This document shows positions 14,351 through 49,400 of a DNA stretch of 64,000 bases, in pieces (the first letter of the stretch is position 1; every line of letters starts with the position of its first letter). A program made the position numbers and the translations under genes. This DNA comes from Tubiluchus corallicola (lineage: Eukaryota > Animalia > Priapulida), in contig JAQGDQ010000539.1 of the NCBI GenBank assembly GCA_030141605.1, positions 1 through 64,000 of the forward strand, read 5' to 3'. The notes under the pieces are model-generated. The model was given only the letters and a program-made list of their open reading frames with translations, searched no databases and had not been told where the DNA came from.

Positions 14351-15155
14351 TAGGTGTTTCAGGATGTCTAACTGAGGCTACCGGTGTTTTAACATTGCCT
14401 GTACAGGTCTTCTGATTAGGTACTTGAGATTGGCGATAGATTTCATCTGCTACATGCTTGAGATTGCTCTCAGTGAGTTCTGTGATTAGATGTTTCAGTA
14501 TGTCTGTAGATCTTAACAGATTGTTGGGATTACATGTAAATGCCTTCAGACTTGAGGCGTTTGTGGATTTTTTAGATTGCTTATAAATGCCGTCTTGCCA
14601 GATGCTCAACATTGTCTGTACATGTCTCCTGCCATGTACTTTAAATTGGCACAACATTTCTTCTGATCGGATGTTTGTGATTAGTATGAATGAATTCTGA
14701 CTAGCTGTTTTTGCCTAGATGTCTGAGTTTAAGTGAATTCTGACAGATGTTCCAGGTTGGTTGTAGTCCTTAACAGATTATTATGATTAGCTGCAGATGC
14801 CCTTTGACCAGATTTTTGATGTGTTATCAGATGCCTTAGATCGTTGTTGCTGGTAAACGTCTTCTGTAAGTGGATGTTGACGTTCTTTTACCAGTTGGTT
14901 GAGGTTGGCAGTAGATGCCTTCATATCGAGTGCTGGAAATGCTTGTAGATTTCTTCTGATAAGGTACCTCAGCTTGGCAATAAAAATCTTCCTACCAAGT
15001 GATTGGGTTTAGCCATTCCCGTCTTTTGACAAGGTAGTTTGTTTGCATATATCTCTATGCGGATGATTAACATTGCCTGTACAGGTCTTCTGATTAGGTG
15101 CTTCTGATTAAGTGCGTTCTAACTAGATGTTTCAGGATGTCTGTAGATCTTAACC
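14351..15155. repeat. Diverged satellite-related edge (degenerate 33-nt sub-repeats)
   Basis: Pieces such as AACATTGCCTGTACAGGTCTTCTGATTAGG (14391, 15069) and CTAGATGTTTCAGGATGTCTGTAGATCTTAAC (15123) are mixed with related but unhomogenised units. Confidence 0.85.
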
Positions 15156-15399
15156 ATGCAAATTTTGAAAAATTTTCAGCTAAATGTATTTAATCACCGC
15201 GATACTTTTTTTATTTTTTTGAAACTATATTTTAAAATTGTTTTTACGGGAGAAAGTTTAATGTCTCTTCAGGGATGAAGAAAATTTTCTGTTTGGAAAC
15301 CTCTATCTTTGAAGTCCAGCGCAAATTAGGGGTATTGAAAAAGTTCGTTATTATACTGCATTTGAATGCTTTTTATGGCACGCATTGTTGGAGAAGTGT

Positions 15400-16447
15400 A
15401 AGGGTCTATTTCACTGTTCTATTTCAGAATTCCCCATGTCTTTGGAGAATTCTTTACCTTCAGCGAGAGACTGGTTGATACTCAACCGTCTTAGAAAGAA
15501 TGACACCAAAACTGAGTTTATAATTTTTGGAAACTAGATTCAATTAGACAAATGATTGAAAACGTAGACTGTCATAGTTAACCTAACTTGCAATGATCTT
15601 ATGCAAGTAATTCAATTACATATCTTGGAGTAATTCTTGATCATATTTTAAAAACCATGCTAAATCTAAATGCAAAAAAGTAGCATTTAATCTGCGTCGT
15701 TTTATCAAGCTAAAAAATTCCTATCTAGTGATACTATGAAATGTTTGCTGTCTGCATTGGTGTTATCTTATTTTGATTATGCTAATTAATTATTCATTGG
15801 GATACCTGACTGCACCATCCAACCTATGCAGCGCCTTCAGAATTTAGCAGCAAAGGTTAATGTTGGTGCAGGAAAGTACAACAATGCTACTGCTTTACTG
15901 CTTCTATATTTTACTTTCACTGGTTACCGCTTAGATTTAGAAGTCTTTATAAATTAATAGTTCTCACATACAAAAGTTTACACGAACTCTCTCTCCTTTC
16001 TAGTTGTCTGATAGGTTACATAAACGCAACTACTGAACGAGCAAGTAGATCTTCCCATAATGAACTTTTGGTACCTCCTTTTAATAGAAAAAACCTTTGG
16101 CGACCTTGAGTTCTTCTATTGCACCAAAATATTATAACTCCTTAGCTTAAAACCTCAGAACTATTTTACGGTGCAACTATTTAAAAACGCCTGAAAACAC
16201 ATCTCAAAATAAAAACTATCATGATTAATTATGAATTTCAAACTGCTGTAAACTACACTTATGCCCCATTTTTTACCATAATTTCTGTCGTGAAGACAAT
16301 TTGTGTGTTTTGTGCAAAATTTTTAATAATTTTATTATTGTTACATTTTTCTATTTGTGCAATTGTAACCATAGTATTTTACTGCTCTGCACCATTAAAA
16401 GCGTTTTTCTTGAATGTGCGCTTTATAAAATACATTTTATTATTATA
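15400..16447 (+). mobile_element. Degenerate L2/CR1-group LINE 3' fragment
   Basis: Broken RT C-terminal motifs KTEFIIFG, YLGVILD, LVLSYFDYAN, MQRLQNLAAK, HWLPLRFR and LKTHL. The 3' end GCGCTTTATAAAATACATTTTATTATTAT is typical of L2 tails. Confidence 0.8.
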
Positions 16448-17858
16448 GTAGAGTACAAAACTGCTATGCAGATGAAACGCTGGGATAAATATGAAGAAAG
16501 TTTATTGAAGATAAGAAAACGTTTCACACAAGTACAGGAAGACAACTAACAAGACAAGAAAAGAGAATGAGACAAGTCTGTTTACAGTTAATCGCAGTAC
16601 GTATTATCATAATTTTATGTTAGCGTTCTGCATACAAGAGCTAATTACTGCCTCTGCAATAACAGTGCATATAAATCACCTTAAGTTGCTATTTGGCATT
16701 TCTAGTGTTTAACCGCTTAAGCACTCTGCTGCCTTCATGCCTCGCTGGGGTTGGCTTCTCTTACTTTACTAATAATCTTGTAATACCTCACTGCAAAATG
16801 CTTTCAATGTTGATCCTGCTACTGAGGATCACTAGAGAGTTCACATTACGCACGTCTTTAAGCTCGACAGCCAGTAATTAACTCTCTACTCCCGCCTCGC
16901 TCTCTTCCTTATAGTCTTGTGACATAAGCAATCTTGTGGCCGTTTTCTGTATAGCCAATAGTCAAAATGACAAACTTTACATCTCTACTTCCTTTACTAA
17001 ATCTTAATACAATTTCCTACTAATAACTCTACTCACACAAATTTGCTAAACAAGTCAATCAAACTCTCTCAGTTTCCACAAAATCTGAAACATGATGACA
17101 TGTCGTCAGGTCAATCATCGGACCAGTATTGGTATCTTCATGAATGACTTGCATTATTTCATTAAAGAATGTCATAATGAATATAATGAATATCATTAAT
17201 GGATATTCTGATTTTAATATTTTAAGTAGCTCTGCAAATAACATTGACGGTCTTGTAATGTCCTTAGAGTCTGATACAAAGATTTTTTTGTAAAACGGTC
17301 TAAAGAAAATCATATAGTGTCACTGGTGAAGAGTTACAGTTTGAACTTACTTTTGATGGTTATATTGAGGATTGCAAAAAGGCCGCCAAGCAAATAAATG
17401 AAGTAAAAGACTGTCAAAATTTCTTGACAAAAATAGTCGTACGGCCATTTCTCGGTCTTTTATCTTTGCAGAGCTAAAAATTAATACCCCAAAACTGGGA
17501 GAATTTCAGCAAAGAGTACGTAGATTTGTAAGAAATATAATTGTAACTATGAGCAGCTGTTGTCAAAAGGAAATCTAAAAATATTGAATCTTGGCAGATT
17601 TAGGTGCTTAGTAACTGAGATGTACAAATCGCTTAATAATCGAAACCCTATATTTGTTCAAAAACTTTTTATTCCCAAACACGCTATCTGTGAACTTCTG
17701 GGCCTAGAATAAACAAACAGATCAACAATGCATCAGAGAATGAAATAATAACTACAGTTGCTAGTCTTATGTATTATGTGCATGTATATGTATGTATAAC
17801 GTACCTTAGGAGGCAAGAATTTAGATTCTTTGGAATATTGATTTAATTTTGTTTTCCG

Positions 17859-17940
17859 TTCCTAGATGGCAGCGTCAAGATTTTGATTATCATCTGTTCC
17901 ACGTCAGCTAACCAATCACAGTGTTTGTTGTCTATAATGA
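17859..17940 (+). promoter_or_regulatory. Putative PERK proximal promoter: CTCF-like site, UPRE, CCAAT box, TATA-like element
   Basis: TTCCTAGATGGCAGC (17859-17873), CCACGTCA (17899-17906, reverse complement of UPRE TGACGTGG), CCAAT (17912-17916) and CTATAAT (17932-17938), 140-220 bp upstream of the ATG. Confidence 0.55.
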
Positions 17941-18076
17941 TTCATGTCTGTACAGTAGTTCTGTATTGTGTGAGCAGTATTAATATATTATTATTATTCT
18001 CTTTGGTATAATTACTGTTAGGTGGGAGTTTGTTACTAAAACGTCAAATTGCACGAATGTTTTGTTCAATATCTTC

Positions 18077-40164
<22,088 letters not shown>

Positions 40165-41875
40165 CTGAAGAGATGGTGTCTATAATGTACAGCATGTATA
40201 TTTTTATGTGATGATTCTGCATAAAAACCTGTCTTTCATAAGAGTGTCCAAAACACTTGATACAAGCAAATAGTTTGCTACTAGCAAATGTATAATCTGA
40301 GAAACCTAGATAAGCATTTTTGTCAGGTGTATTGTGCAATTGAAAAATTCAATATCATATTCGGGTTTTTACTTTTAACATTGTGCATCGTTCTTAATTT
40401 ACTGGCGCTAGGGTTGATCATACTTCTTTGTTTGTCATCTTAATTATTTTTCATTTTGTGCTTAGTGATAATGGCAATACAATTTTATGTTGTAATATTT
40501 AGTAGCTGAAATTGTAACTCGTTCAAAGCTTAGGAATCACCAGTACTGGCTAATGTAAATAAATAGACTAGAAGTCACTAGATTATGATCCTCGCTTGTA
40601 GCTTATAAACTATGTTTCCTGATACGTGTAATAAAGAGTAGTGAAATTAAAAATATTGCATATGTTCTAGTTTATCTTTTTTTTGTTTCGTATGGATGGA
40701 GCCAAATTGCTAAGCACACCATTTTGTTTAAGTAAACAAAAATAATGCTTTTGTTTCTATTTGTAATAAGTTATGCAATAAAAGTAATTGTCATTCATTT
40801 TATATCTCTTTATATTATATCAATACTTAGTGTTAACACTGCAATAATAAACTAGTAAATGAATTTGAATTTTTTGGCAGCCAGCTTACACACAGATAAT
40901 TTATTGTACAATATTTGTGATTTAGGTACTAACAATTCAGTCGTCGTAAAAACATTGTACTTTTGATGCTTGTTTGAATTATTTTTTAATAAAGAATTGG
41001 AGTAAATCGACGATTGTATGAATTTAGACAAGCACAAGTAAGCTTAAAGCAACAAAAAGAACACTGTTAGTAGCTAACAATCATTACATATAAAGATCTA
41101 TAGTAAGTACAGCACAAACGTTAATTTACAATGCCATTAGAGTGCCCTGAGGCAAATTGTTTTTTTAAATTTTAAAAGACAAACAGATATTAATAAATAA
41201 TGTCGCAGGCAAGCAGTAAGCAGATTATTTTGACAGATTTTTTAAGACTGAAACTGACTAGTCCTACTGCTGGGATGATCGGGAAAGCAACATATATAGT
41301 AAGATCAGCATAGATTCAAAGTGCCATGAATAGAGTTAAGGTTCATTATTACATATGTTTGTTGTTGTTAGTTGTAATGGCACGTGAAGGGTGTATAGCG
41401 GGATGCATAAACGAAGTGTGGACGAGCATCAGTGGGGTAAATACGAATGGAGTTTATTGAAGTTTACATAACATCTCAGTTTATAAATTCAACGATAACG
41501 CAGCATATGTGAATTCACATAAGTGAGTAATAAGCCTTAGCATACAAGTTACGTATCTATAATATCTAAACTAGGTGGATATGAGATAAAACTCAGAACA
41601 GTAGGTTGCTTGCTGACATGCTTTTTACTAACTAGATGACGTCATCGTCATGTGACAGTAAACTGACGATACTACTTTTCCTCCCACCCTTGATGAAAAC
41701 TTTTCCATCACTCTATGAAATGAACTGTTCATCTTACCCAGATTCTAAATGCACAATGTTTCATAAGGATTTTGCAAACAATCTTAACTGCTTCAATCTT
41801 CAAACAAGCATTTACTTAAATATGTACTTTCTGGAAGATATTTAGCCACATGCATTCACCAAAAGTGCTAAGAAA

Positions 41876-44800
41876 TGTATGTATTTATCCATTTATGATA
41901 TCTGGTGAATAAATTATGTTTATCAGCAATGGCTGCTTGTGCGTAGTTCACAATAAAATGTAGCGACTCTTGATGGGATAGTAATCGCTGTGTGAAGATT
42001 TTTAGTGAAAATTTAGATGGCGAATGCACAGATAATTGGGTCCGTCAGCGAGTTTAATTCCAGTACGGAAGATCGGTGTAATTACCAGTAACGGTTAGAA
42101 GCGTGGATGAGAGTGAATAATATTAATGACCAACAGAAGGTAGATGTTTTCTTGTCATTAATTGGTCCGGAAGCGTTTAGCTTAGTGTCCTCTCTTGTAA
42201 CGCCAGAACGGTGAATAAAAAACCTTATGTGGAACTGACAAATAAATTATCGGATTATTATAAACCACGCCGTAATAAGATAGCCGAGAGACTAACTAGG
42301 TGAATCCATTGCGGAATATATTGTAGAGCTACAGAAATGCAGTAAATATTGCGAATTTTCAGCTCAAGAGCTGTCTGACAACTTGCGTGACACTTTTGTG
42401 TGTGGGCTTCGTACTGGATTCATACAAAAGAAATTATTGGAAAGCTCTGATTTAACGTGGAACACAGCTCGGGAGATAGCATTAAATATGGAGGCAGCTA
42501 CACGAGATACAAGTACACTTTCTGGCAGCGGATATGGTTCATCCGAGGTAAACTACACTGGAAGAGGTAAAAATTTGAGAAAGAAATTGGTAAAACCTAG
42601 TTACCCGATGACTGTAAATAAACCGCATGTTTCAAGTAAATGTGGTCGGTGTTTGGGTGCGCATGAGGCATGGAGATGTCAGTTTAGGAACGCCAAATGT
42701 TATAAATGTTCAAAAATTGGTCATATCGCAAAGGGATGTAGAAGTGGACGTGGACTACCGGGAAATACCAATAGTGTTAATCCAGACAGTGATTGTGCTG
42801 ACGTGGTTCAAATTAGTTCCTTGTATAATCTTGGTACAGCAAAAAGTGCTACTACAAATGAGTACCAAGTGAGTGTCATTGTGAACAGGAAGCGAGTTTT
42901 GTTTACAGTAGATACTGGAGCTATGGTATCAGTTGTATCAGAAACTGAGTATCAGGAAAAATGTTCTATTCTGCCTTTGCAACACACTGATTTAAAACTT
43001 CGTAGTTACTGTGGTAATGAAGTACCGGTGTTAGGTCAAATACATGTTAGCGTGTGCTATGCAGGTCAGCAAGTGACCCTTCCACTTGTGGTTCAAGGTG
43101 ATCGTGTTCCGTTATTGGGACGAAACTGGTTGAAGCATCTTAAGCTAAATTGGTCTGAAATTTTCAACGTATATAAGCCTACATGTGGTGCCACAGCTGA
43201 TAGTGTGATGGAAGTCACACTGACACAAGTCAGTTTTTCAGTCATGTAGTAAACCGATTGAAAGCTACAAAGCACACATTGAGCTTAAACAAGGTGCAAG
43301 ACCTATATTTTGGAGATAGCGACCAGTACCCTATGCTCTTAAGGATGCTGTGGATGAGGAGTTAACCCGGTTAGAAAACAATGGTATTATAAAGAAAGTG
43401 GAAAATAGAAATGGGCTGCTCCAATAGTGGTTGTCCCCAAAAAGAAAACTGGGAAGGTCAGGATTTGTGGTGATTATAAGGTCACAGTAAATCAAGTAGT
43501 GGAAGACGAACCGCATGATTTTCCGACAACAGCTGATATGTTTGCGACCCTATCAGGTGGTAAAATTTTTACCAAGTTGGATTTAACAAATGCATATCAA
43601 CAGCTAGAACTAGACGAAGAGTCTAAAGAATTACTGACTGTGAACACTCATCGAGGCCTTTACCAGTATCAACATCTTGCTTTTGGTGTGGAAACTGCGC
43701 CAGCAATTTTCCAGAAAATGATGGATAAAATTTTGTGTGGTGTTGAGCATACATGTTGTAAAATAGATGATATTTTAATTAGTGCACGTGATGATAATGT
43801 GCTTACTAGATTAGCTAACCATAATATACATCTAGGCAGAGATAAATGTTATGTAGGTGTTCAAAGTGTTGAATTTTTAGGTCATATGATTGAGCCAGCT
43901 GGAGTTAGACCTACCGAAGAAAAGGTAGAAGCCATTCTTAAAGCTAAAACTCCCAGAAATGTTTCTGAGCTTAGATCATTCTTAGGTATTGTAAATTACT
44001 ACTCACATTTCTTGCCTGATTTATAAACTACCTTTGCTTCTTTGTACCAGTTGTTGCAAAAAGGTGTTCCACGGAAATGGTCATCAGAGTGTGACAGTGC
44101 ACAATGTAAAGTTAAACAGTGCTTAACTAGTGATTCATTGTTAGTGCACTATGATTTAAAGAAGCCACTCACCTTGGCATGTGATGCTTCACCATTTGGT
44201 GTTGGTTGTGTCATATAGCACATCATGGAAAATGGCGAAGAACGTCCGATTGCTTATGCGTCTAGAACTTTGACAGCTGCAGAGAAGGGTTACAGTCAGA
44301 TTGAAAAGGAGGCACTTGACATAGTGTATGGTGTTCAAAAGTTTCACAAATATTTGTATGGGCAGCATTTTACATTGCATACCGATCATAAGCCTTTGAC
44401 TGCCATCTTTGGGCCAAAAACAGCTGTGCCTACTCTTGCTACGTTAAGACTACAGCGTTGGTCTTTAATTCTTATGGGCTATGAATATGACATCCGTTAC
44501 AGGAAGTCAAGTGACCATGAAAATGCTGATACATTGTCTAGGTTTCCATTATCTGGTTGTACTTTAGCAACTGAGTTGGATGTTAATTATTTTTCTTATG
44601 TAAATGATTTGCCAGTTACAGCAAAGAGTATCAGTGAAGAATCTCGTAAAGATCCTATTTTGTCTAGAGTATGGTATCATGTCATGAACGGTTGGCCTGC
44701 TCAGGTAGATCAAAATAGTCCTTTAATGCCTTATTTTCTTAGATGCCATGAGTTGTCTAATGACAATGGTTGTCTTCTTTGGGGGCTACGTGTCATTATA

Positions 44801-46551
44801 CCACCCCGTTTCCAGTCTCAACTACTTGACGAATTGCACCGTGAGCATTTTGAAATGGTGCATATGAAAGCTTTAGCTCGTTCTTATTTTTGTTATCCTG
44901 GCTTAGATGCTGATATCGAAAATTTAGTAAAAGGCTGTAGTGTATGCCTTAGTGTTAGAAATAATCCAGTGCGTGCACCAGTAATTCCTTGGAAATTTCC
45001 GTCTAAAGTGTGGGAGAGAGTGCACATTGATTTCTTTGAGATTGATGGGAAGCATTTCCTTATCTTGGTTGATGCCTATTCTAAATGGTTAGAGATACAG
45101 TATATGCCATCTACAACTTCTACAAGAACAATCGAAGTACTTGGTACTTGGTTTGCTTCTTTTGGGCTACCTGTTGAGTTAGTATCTGACAATGGGCCTC
45201 AACTGGTATCTGAACAGTTTGAGAACTTCTTGAGATCAAATGGTGTAAAACATGGTGCTGCTGAGTGTAATGTTCAAACTGCAAAATTAGCTTTAACTAA
45301 ATACATGATGGAAGCTAAGAATATACCTTACATGACTATTTGTAAAATGCTGAATAACTTTTTACTTACTTATAGGAATACTCCACATAGTACAACTGGA
45401 CGTAGTCCAGCAGAACTTATGTTGCAGAGAATGCCTAGAATTAGATTTAGTATGTTAAAACCAGGTTTAAGAGAGGAAGTGGTTAGTAAGCAGGAGAAAA
45501 CAGTTGATCATGATAAAACTGTTTGTGAATTCTCTGTAGGTGAGACAGTTAGGGTGAGGAATCACCGTGGAGGTGTGCTTAAGTGGGACATTGGCAAAGT
45601 TGTAAAGAGAATTGGTGTTGTTAGGTACAGAGTTAAGATTGGTTATCAGGTTAAGCATGTACATGTAAATCATATGCTGAAAAGTGGAGAATTTGTTAAT
45701 GATGATGATTGTGTAAAATTGGATGGGTCTACAGATGATGTGATCAGAATTCCAGTTAGTCAGCCTGTGGCTGAATCTGAAACATTGCCTGTAAAAGATT
45801 CAAGTTCCATTGCTGAATCAGTTAAAAATTATGATGGTGATTTACCGACTGTAGACAAACCTTCAATTTTTGAAAAAAAATCATCCAGTAACTGTATTGC
45901 TTAAACCACCCATAGAACCTGTTAGTCGATCCAGTAGAATCTGGAAGGCTCCTGATAGCTTGATTGAGTCTGTGTGATTTGTTTGCAAATTGGTACCTTA
46001 ATTGAAATAATCTAGTACTGATTTTGAATTTCTGTATTACTGCACATACAAATTGGTGTTTGTATTTTCACTGGCTAATTGTCATTATAGCTTATAATAG
46101 TTATTCTGATTGAAGATTTCTTTTGGTATACTATACCTAATTAGAGTTATATTACACGTACTTAGGTCTACTTGTTGCTTACGTATTTTAGTTGTCGCAA
46201 TTCATTATAGTTATGTTCAATTATTTTGATAATTCAGTACATGTTACTCTGGCTGTTTGATGGGTTTCCCCAAATTACTTAACTGCGTAAATTTAAATGG
46301 TTTGAGAGAGAATCAAACAAGTTAAATAATACCTAATTCTGTGTAAGTTCACAGTGGTGTATTCATTATGCATTGAAGTTGCATTGCACATTTCAAAAAC
46401 CATCTTTTGTTGATTTTTCCTAAATGTGTTAAGTTTATTTTGAAGCTAGTTTATATCTAGAGGGGAGGATTGTTATGTATTTATCCATTTGTGATGTCTG
46501 GTGAATAAATTATGTTTATCAGCAATGGCTGCTTGTGCGTAGTTCACAATA
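41876..46551 (+). mobile_element. Full-length but decayed Ty3/Gypsy LTR retrotransposon (Mag-like)
   Basis: LTRs 41876-41955 and 46471-46551; TSD AGAAA (41871-41875, 46552-46556); PBS-like TAGCGAC at 41961; PPT AGAGGGGAGGA at 46459. Gag from ATG 42017 with two CCHC knuckles, then protease VDTGA, RT, RNase H (CDAS, TDHKPL) and integrase (HIDF, SDNGPQ). Several stops and frameshifts. Confidence 0.95.
42017..45904 (+). pseudogene. Disrupted gag-pol of the Gypsy element
   Basis: ORF pieces 42383-43249, 43427-44026 and 44225-45904; in-frame TAA near 42089; deletion in the integrase core (GVKH-GAAE). Confidence 0.9.
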
Positions 46552-47599
46552 AGAAACAAGAGTAATTTATCAAATTTAAACATCAAGTAACATTGAAGAC
46601 TAAAACGTCAAGCTTACAGATAACATACAAACTTGTTAACTGGCAAACATTATAAAAATGTCTAAAACGTATAATGGCTATTACAACTGCCATTTCTAAC
46701 TTTAAGACTATGAAAAGGAATTGATGTTTTCTTTAATGCTCAGCAAAGACAGCTTAGCATACAAATATGCAAAATAGTTCAAACTAATATAAATGCACCG
46801 TGTTTTCAACTTAATGTTCTCATCTTCTAAAACACTAAAAATTAGAAATAATCTGAATGCGATACTTAACATCTGGTCAATGCTGGCAATGTTTAAACAG
46901 GACAATGCATTCTAAACTTAACTAACTGTAAGTAATTGTAAATGCAGACACTGTAACTTTAGTAATCAATACAATGTATGAATTAAAATTTCAATGAACA
47001 AAGTCCTGCAAATATGCCGGTGCACATCGAGGGTTGAGGGTAGCGTCTACGGTTGTCAGTTGGATTAAACTTGTCAAAATACTCATCATCATCATCTTCT
47101 TCAGAAGTCTGGTTAGGAATGTGCGTATGTAGTTCGGTAGCCAAAAATTATAGTATAACTTTGTAATGATATTGTAATCAATTAGAGTTAGCCAAAATTA
47201 TAGTATAATTATATATATTTTTAAGCTTGGATATTATTGTTAGTAATTTATTAAACATAATTAATTATCATGGGTTTAGTGTTCAAGTTAATGTTGTGCT
47301 ACAAACAATGTACCACACTCACAAATGGACCCACACATGTATTATGTAGGGATGCATCCTAGAGCTTCGTGGTAGTGAAAATTACATTTTTATAGTAATT
47401 TCTAATGACACATATATTGTGGCATCGAAGATCTATCACTTATCTATGAATATGCCATCCTCTAGACACCAGTGCATGCGCTAAATCATAATCAGTAAGA
47501 TAATTAAGTCAAATTAAGACTATTTTATCCAGTGCATAGGCCTTAATGAGTCAAGCTGTGAGTAACATTTACTATTGCACTGAATGATATAGTAAACAA

Positions 47600-47830
47600 G
47601 GCAGGGGAGGAAAAGGAAGGAGAACGGACAGGGTGGAGGAAGAGAGAAGTAGAAAGAGAGTAAGAATGAAGAAAGAAAGAGAGAGAGAGAGAGGGGAGGA
47701 GAGAGAGAGTGAGAGAGAGGGGGGAGGAGAGAGAGAGAGGAGGGAGAGAGAGACAGGAGAATAAGGAGCGGCAGAAAAGGGAAGAGAGAGGAAAGTGAGA
47801 GACAAGGTCAGGAAGAGAAAGAAAGATGGA
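47600..47830. repeat. GA-rich polypurine low-complexity tract
   Basis: (GA)n/GGAG mixtures, almost entirely purine on the + strand. Confidence 0.9.
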
Positions 47831-48789
47831 CATAGAATAGAATAGACCACATTAAATTGTATACACAATATTGCCATAACGGTCCATGGTATGTTAGTAG
47901 TAATTAAAATATATCTTTAGCCGTACTTTAACTTGTACACTTTCAGTTAGTTTAGTTAAGTTAAATACAAAAAAAACAATAACACTATTTACATGCACAT
48001 ACATAAAAAGTAGTGACCGTTATTGCAAACAATTTTTCACAATATTTACATGCAGATACTAAATAGTGGCTAAATAACTTATAATTATTTTCCTTTGCTC
48101 ATTATTTAGGCCTACATCATGTATGCTCCCATATAAATTCTCCTGGATCATACTGGCGTAGATCATATTTTCATATTAAATTAGCAATATGACGCTCCAT
48201 AAAAACGTGTAAGTTCAGTTTCTTGAAATGAAAAATGTCTAAACTATTCACATTGAGCAAAACACCCAAATGTCTTACATTAAAAGCGATGATTTTCCTA
48301 GCGTCACTATATACACATTTACATAGATATTACAATTTCAGACTTCTTACACGTATGTTCTATAAAATAGAACAGAATACCTTGAAATTTAACAAAACCA
48401 AAAACCGCTTAAAGTACTAAAACAGATAAATCATGAAATACTTTGTAAAATTAGATACGGGTTGGAAACTAAAGTTAGATAAATATCCTAAATTAAACAG
48501 GCTAAAGTTCTTTGCAAAATTAATTCTAATAAAAGCAAAAATCAAATAAAATTAGGGACAAGTACTAAATTAGACAAATTATAAAACGCTTCGTAAAATA
48601 AGACGTAAAGTAAAGATCAGTTTGTAAAATTTCAGTCAATAAGTCTGTGTTTAAGTGTTAAAATTTAATTGTGATGCATAAAATACGAAACCACAACCTT
48701 AAAACTTATTTATGTGCATACGTACATTAAATTGAATGACTTAAAACAGATAAAAGGTCACTAGTATTAATATTAAGAAAATAAAAACT

Positions 48790-49400
48790 AATTTAAAAGC
48801 TTCTGGAGAAGAGTGAATTTTATTTGCCTTAAAGATGCTTTAAATTTCAAATTTTCATCTACTCTGCTATAAAGAACAGCCCCACTGTATTGAAGCACAG
48901 ATTTGCCGTAATCAGTTTTTGGTTTGGGTAAGCATAATTGGCCAGCAGACTACTGCTTTATGTTATGTTCTGTACTTTTTATTTTAAATTTTCTTCTAAT
49001 ATTTGTTCTGTGCACTAACAGTGTTTTTCTATATTCTAAGTATTTGTCTAAAGGAACTATCCGAACAGTTTTTAGCACGTCATCTGTATTTTAATCTTTT
49101 CTGCTCGCTTTTATAGCCTGATTTTATTATGTGTTTTCTCTGTTACAAGCATTTCCCCAAAAAAGTGGAGCAATTGGTTAGACGCGGCAAGATTGTCGCA
49201 TTGTACAGCAATTTTGTCAACGATTTATTAATATAGGGTCGGCTTTTGAATACACCAATTTTTTTTGGCTACTTAGCTTCGCAGTTACACAAGTTTTCTT
49301 GTCAAGTGAGGCTCTCACCGATTATGATGCCCAATAATTTTTCGTTTTGCGCTTGTTCTAGAGCCTCACATTTAGCTGGACAAGCGAAAGTGAAGCGTTC
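48790..49400 (-). mobile_element. Degenerate L2/Crack-like LINE 3' fragment
   Basis: Minus-strand remnants resembling KKIGVF, FWGNA and QYSGAVLY in LINE RT C-terminal order; heavily mutated. Confidence 0.5.

Noticed and set aside
16900-17650. Possible transposase remnant on the minus strand (ORF 17059-17313)
   Set aside because: No diagnostic motif could be recognised.
41373-41657. Possible small solo LTR (TGTAAT...TGACA) containing GATGACGTCATC
   Set aside because: No matching TSD on the flanks.
47543-47877. Ser/Leu-rich minus-strand ORFs
   Set aside because: Translation of the GA-rich tract.
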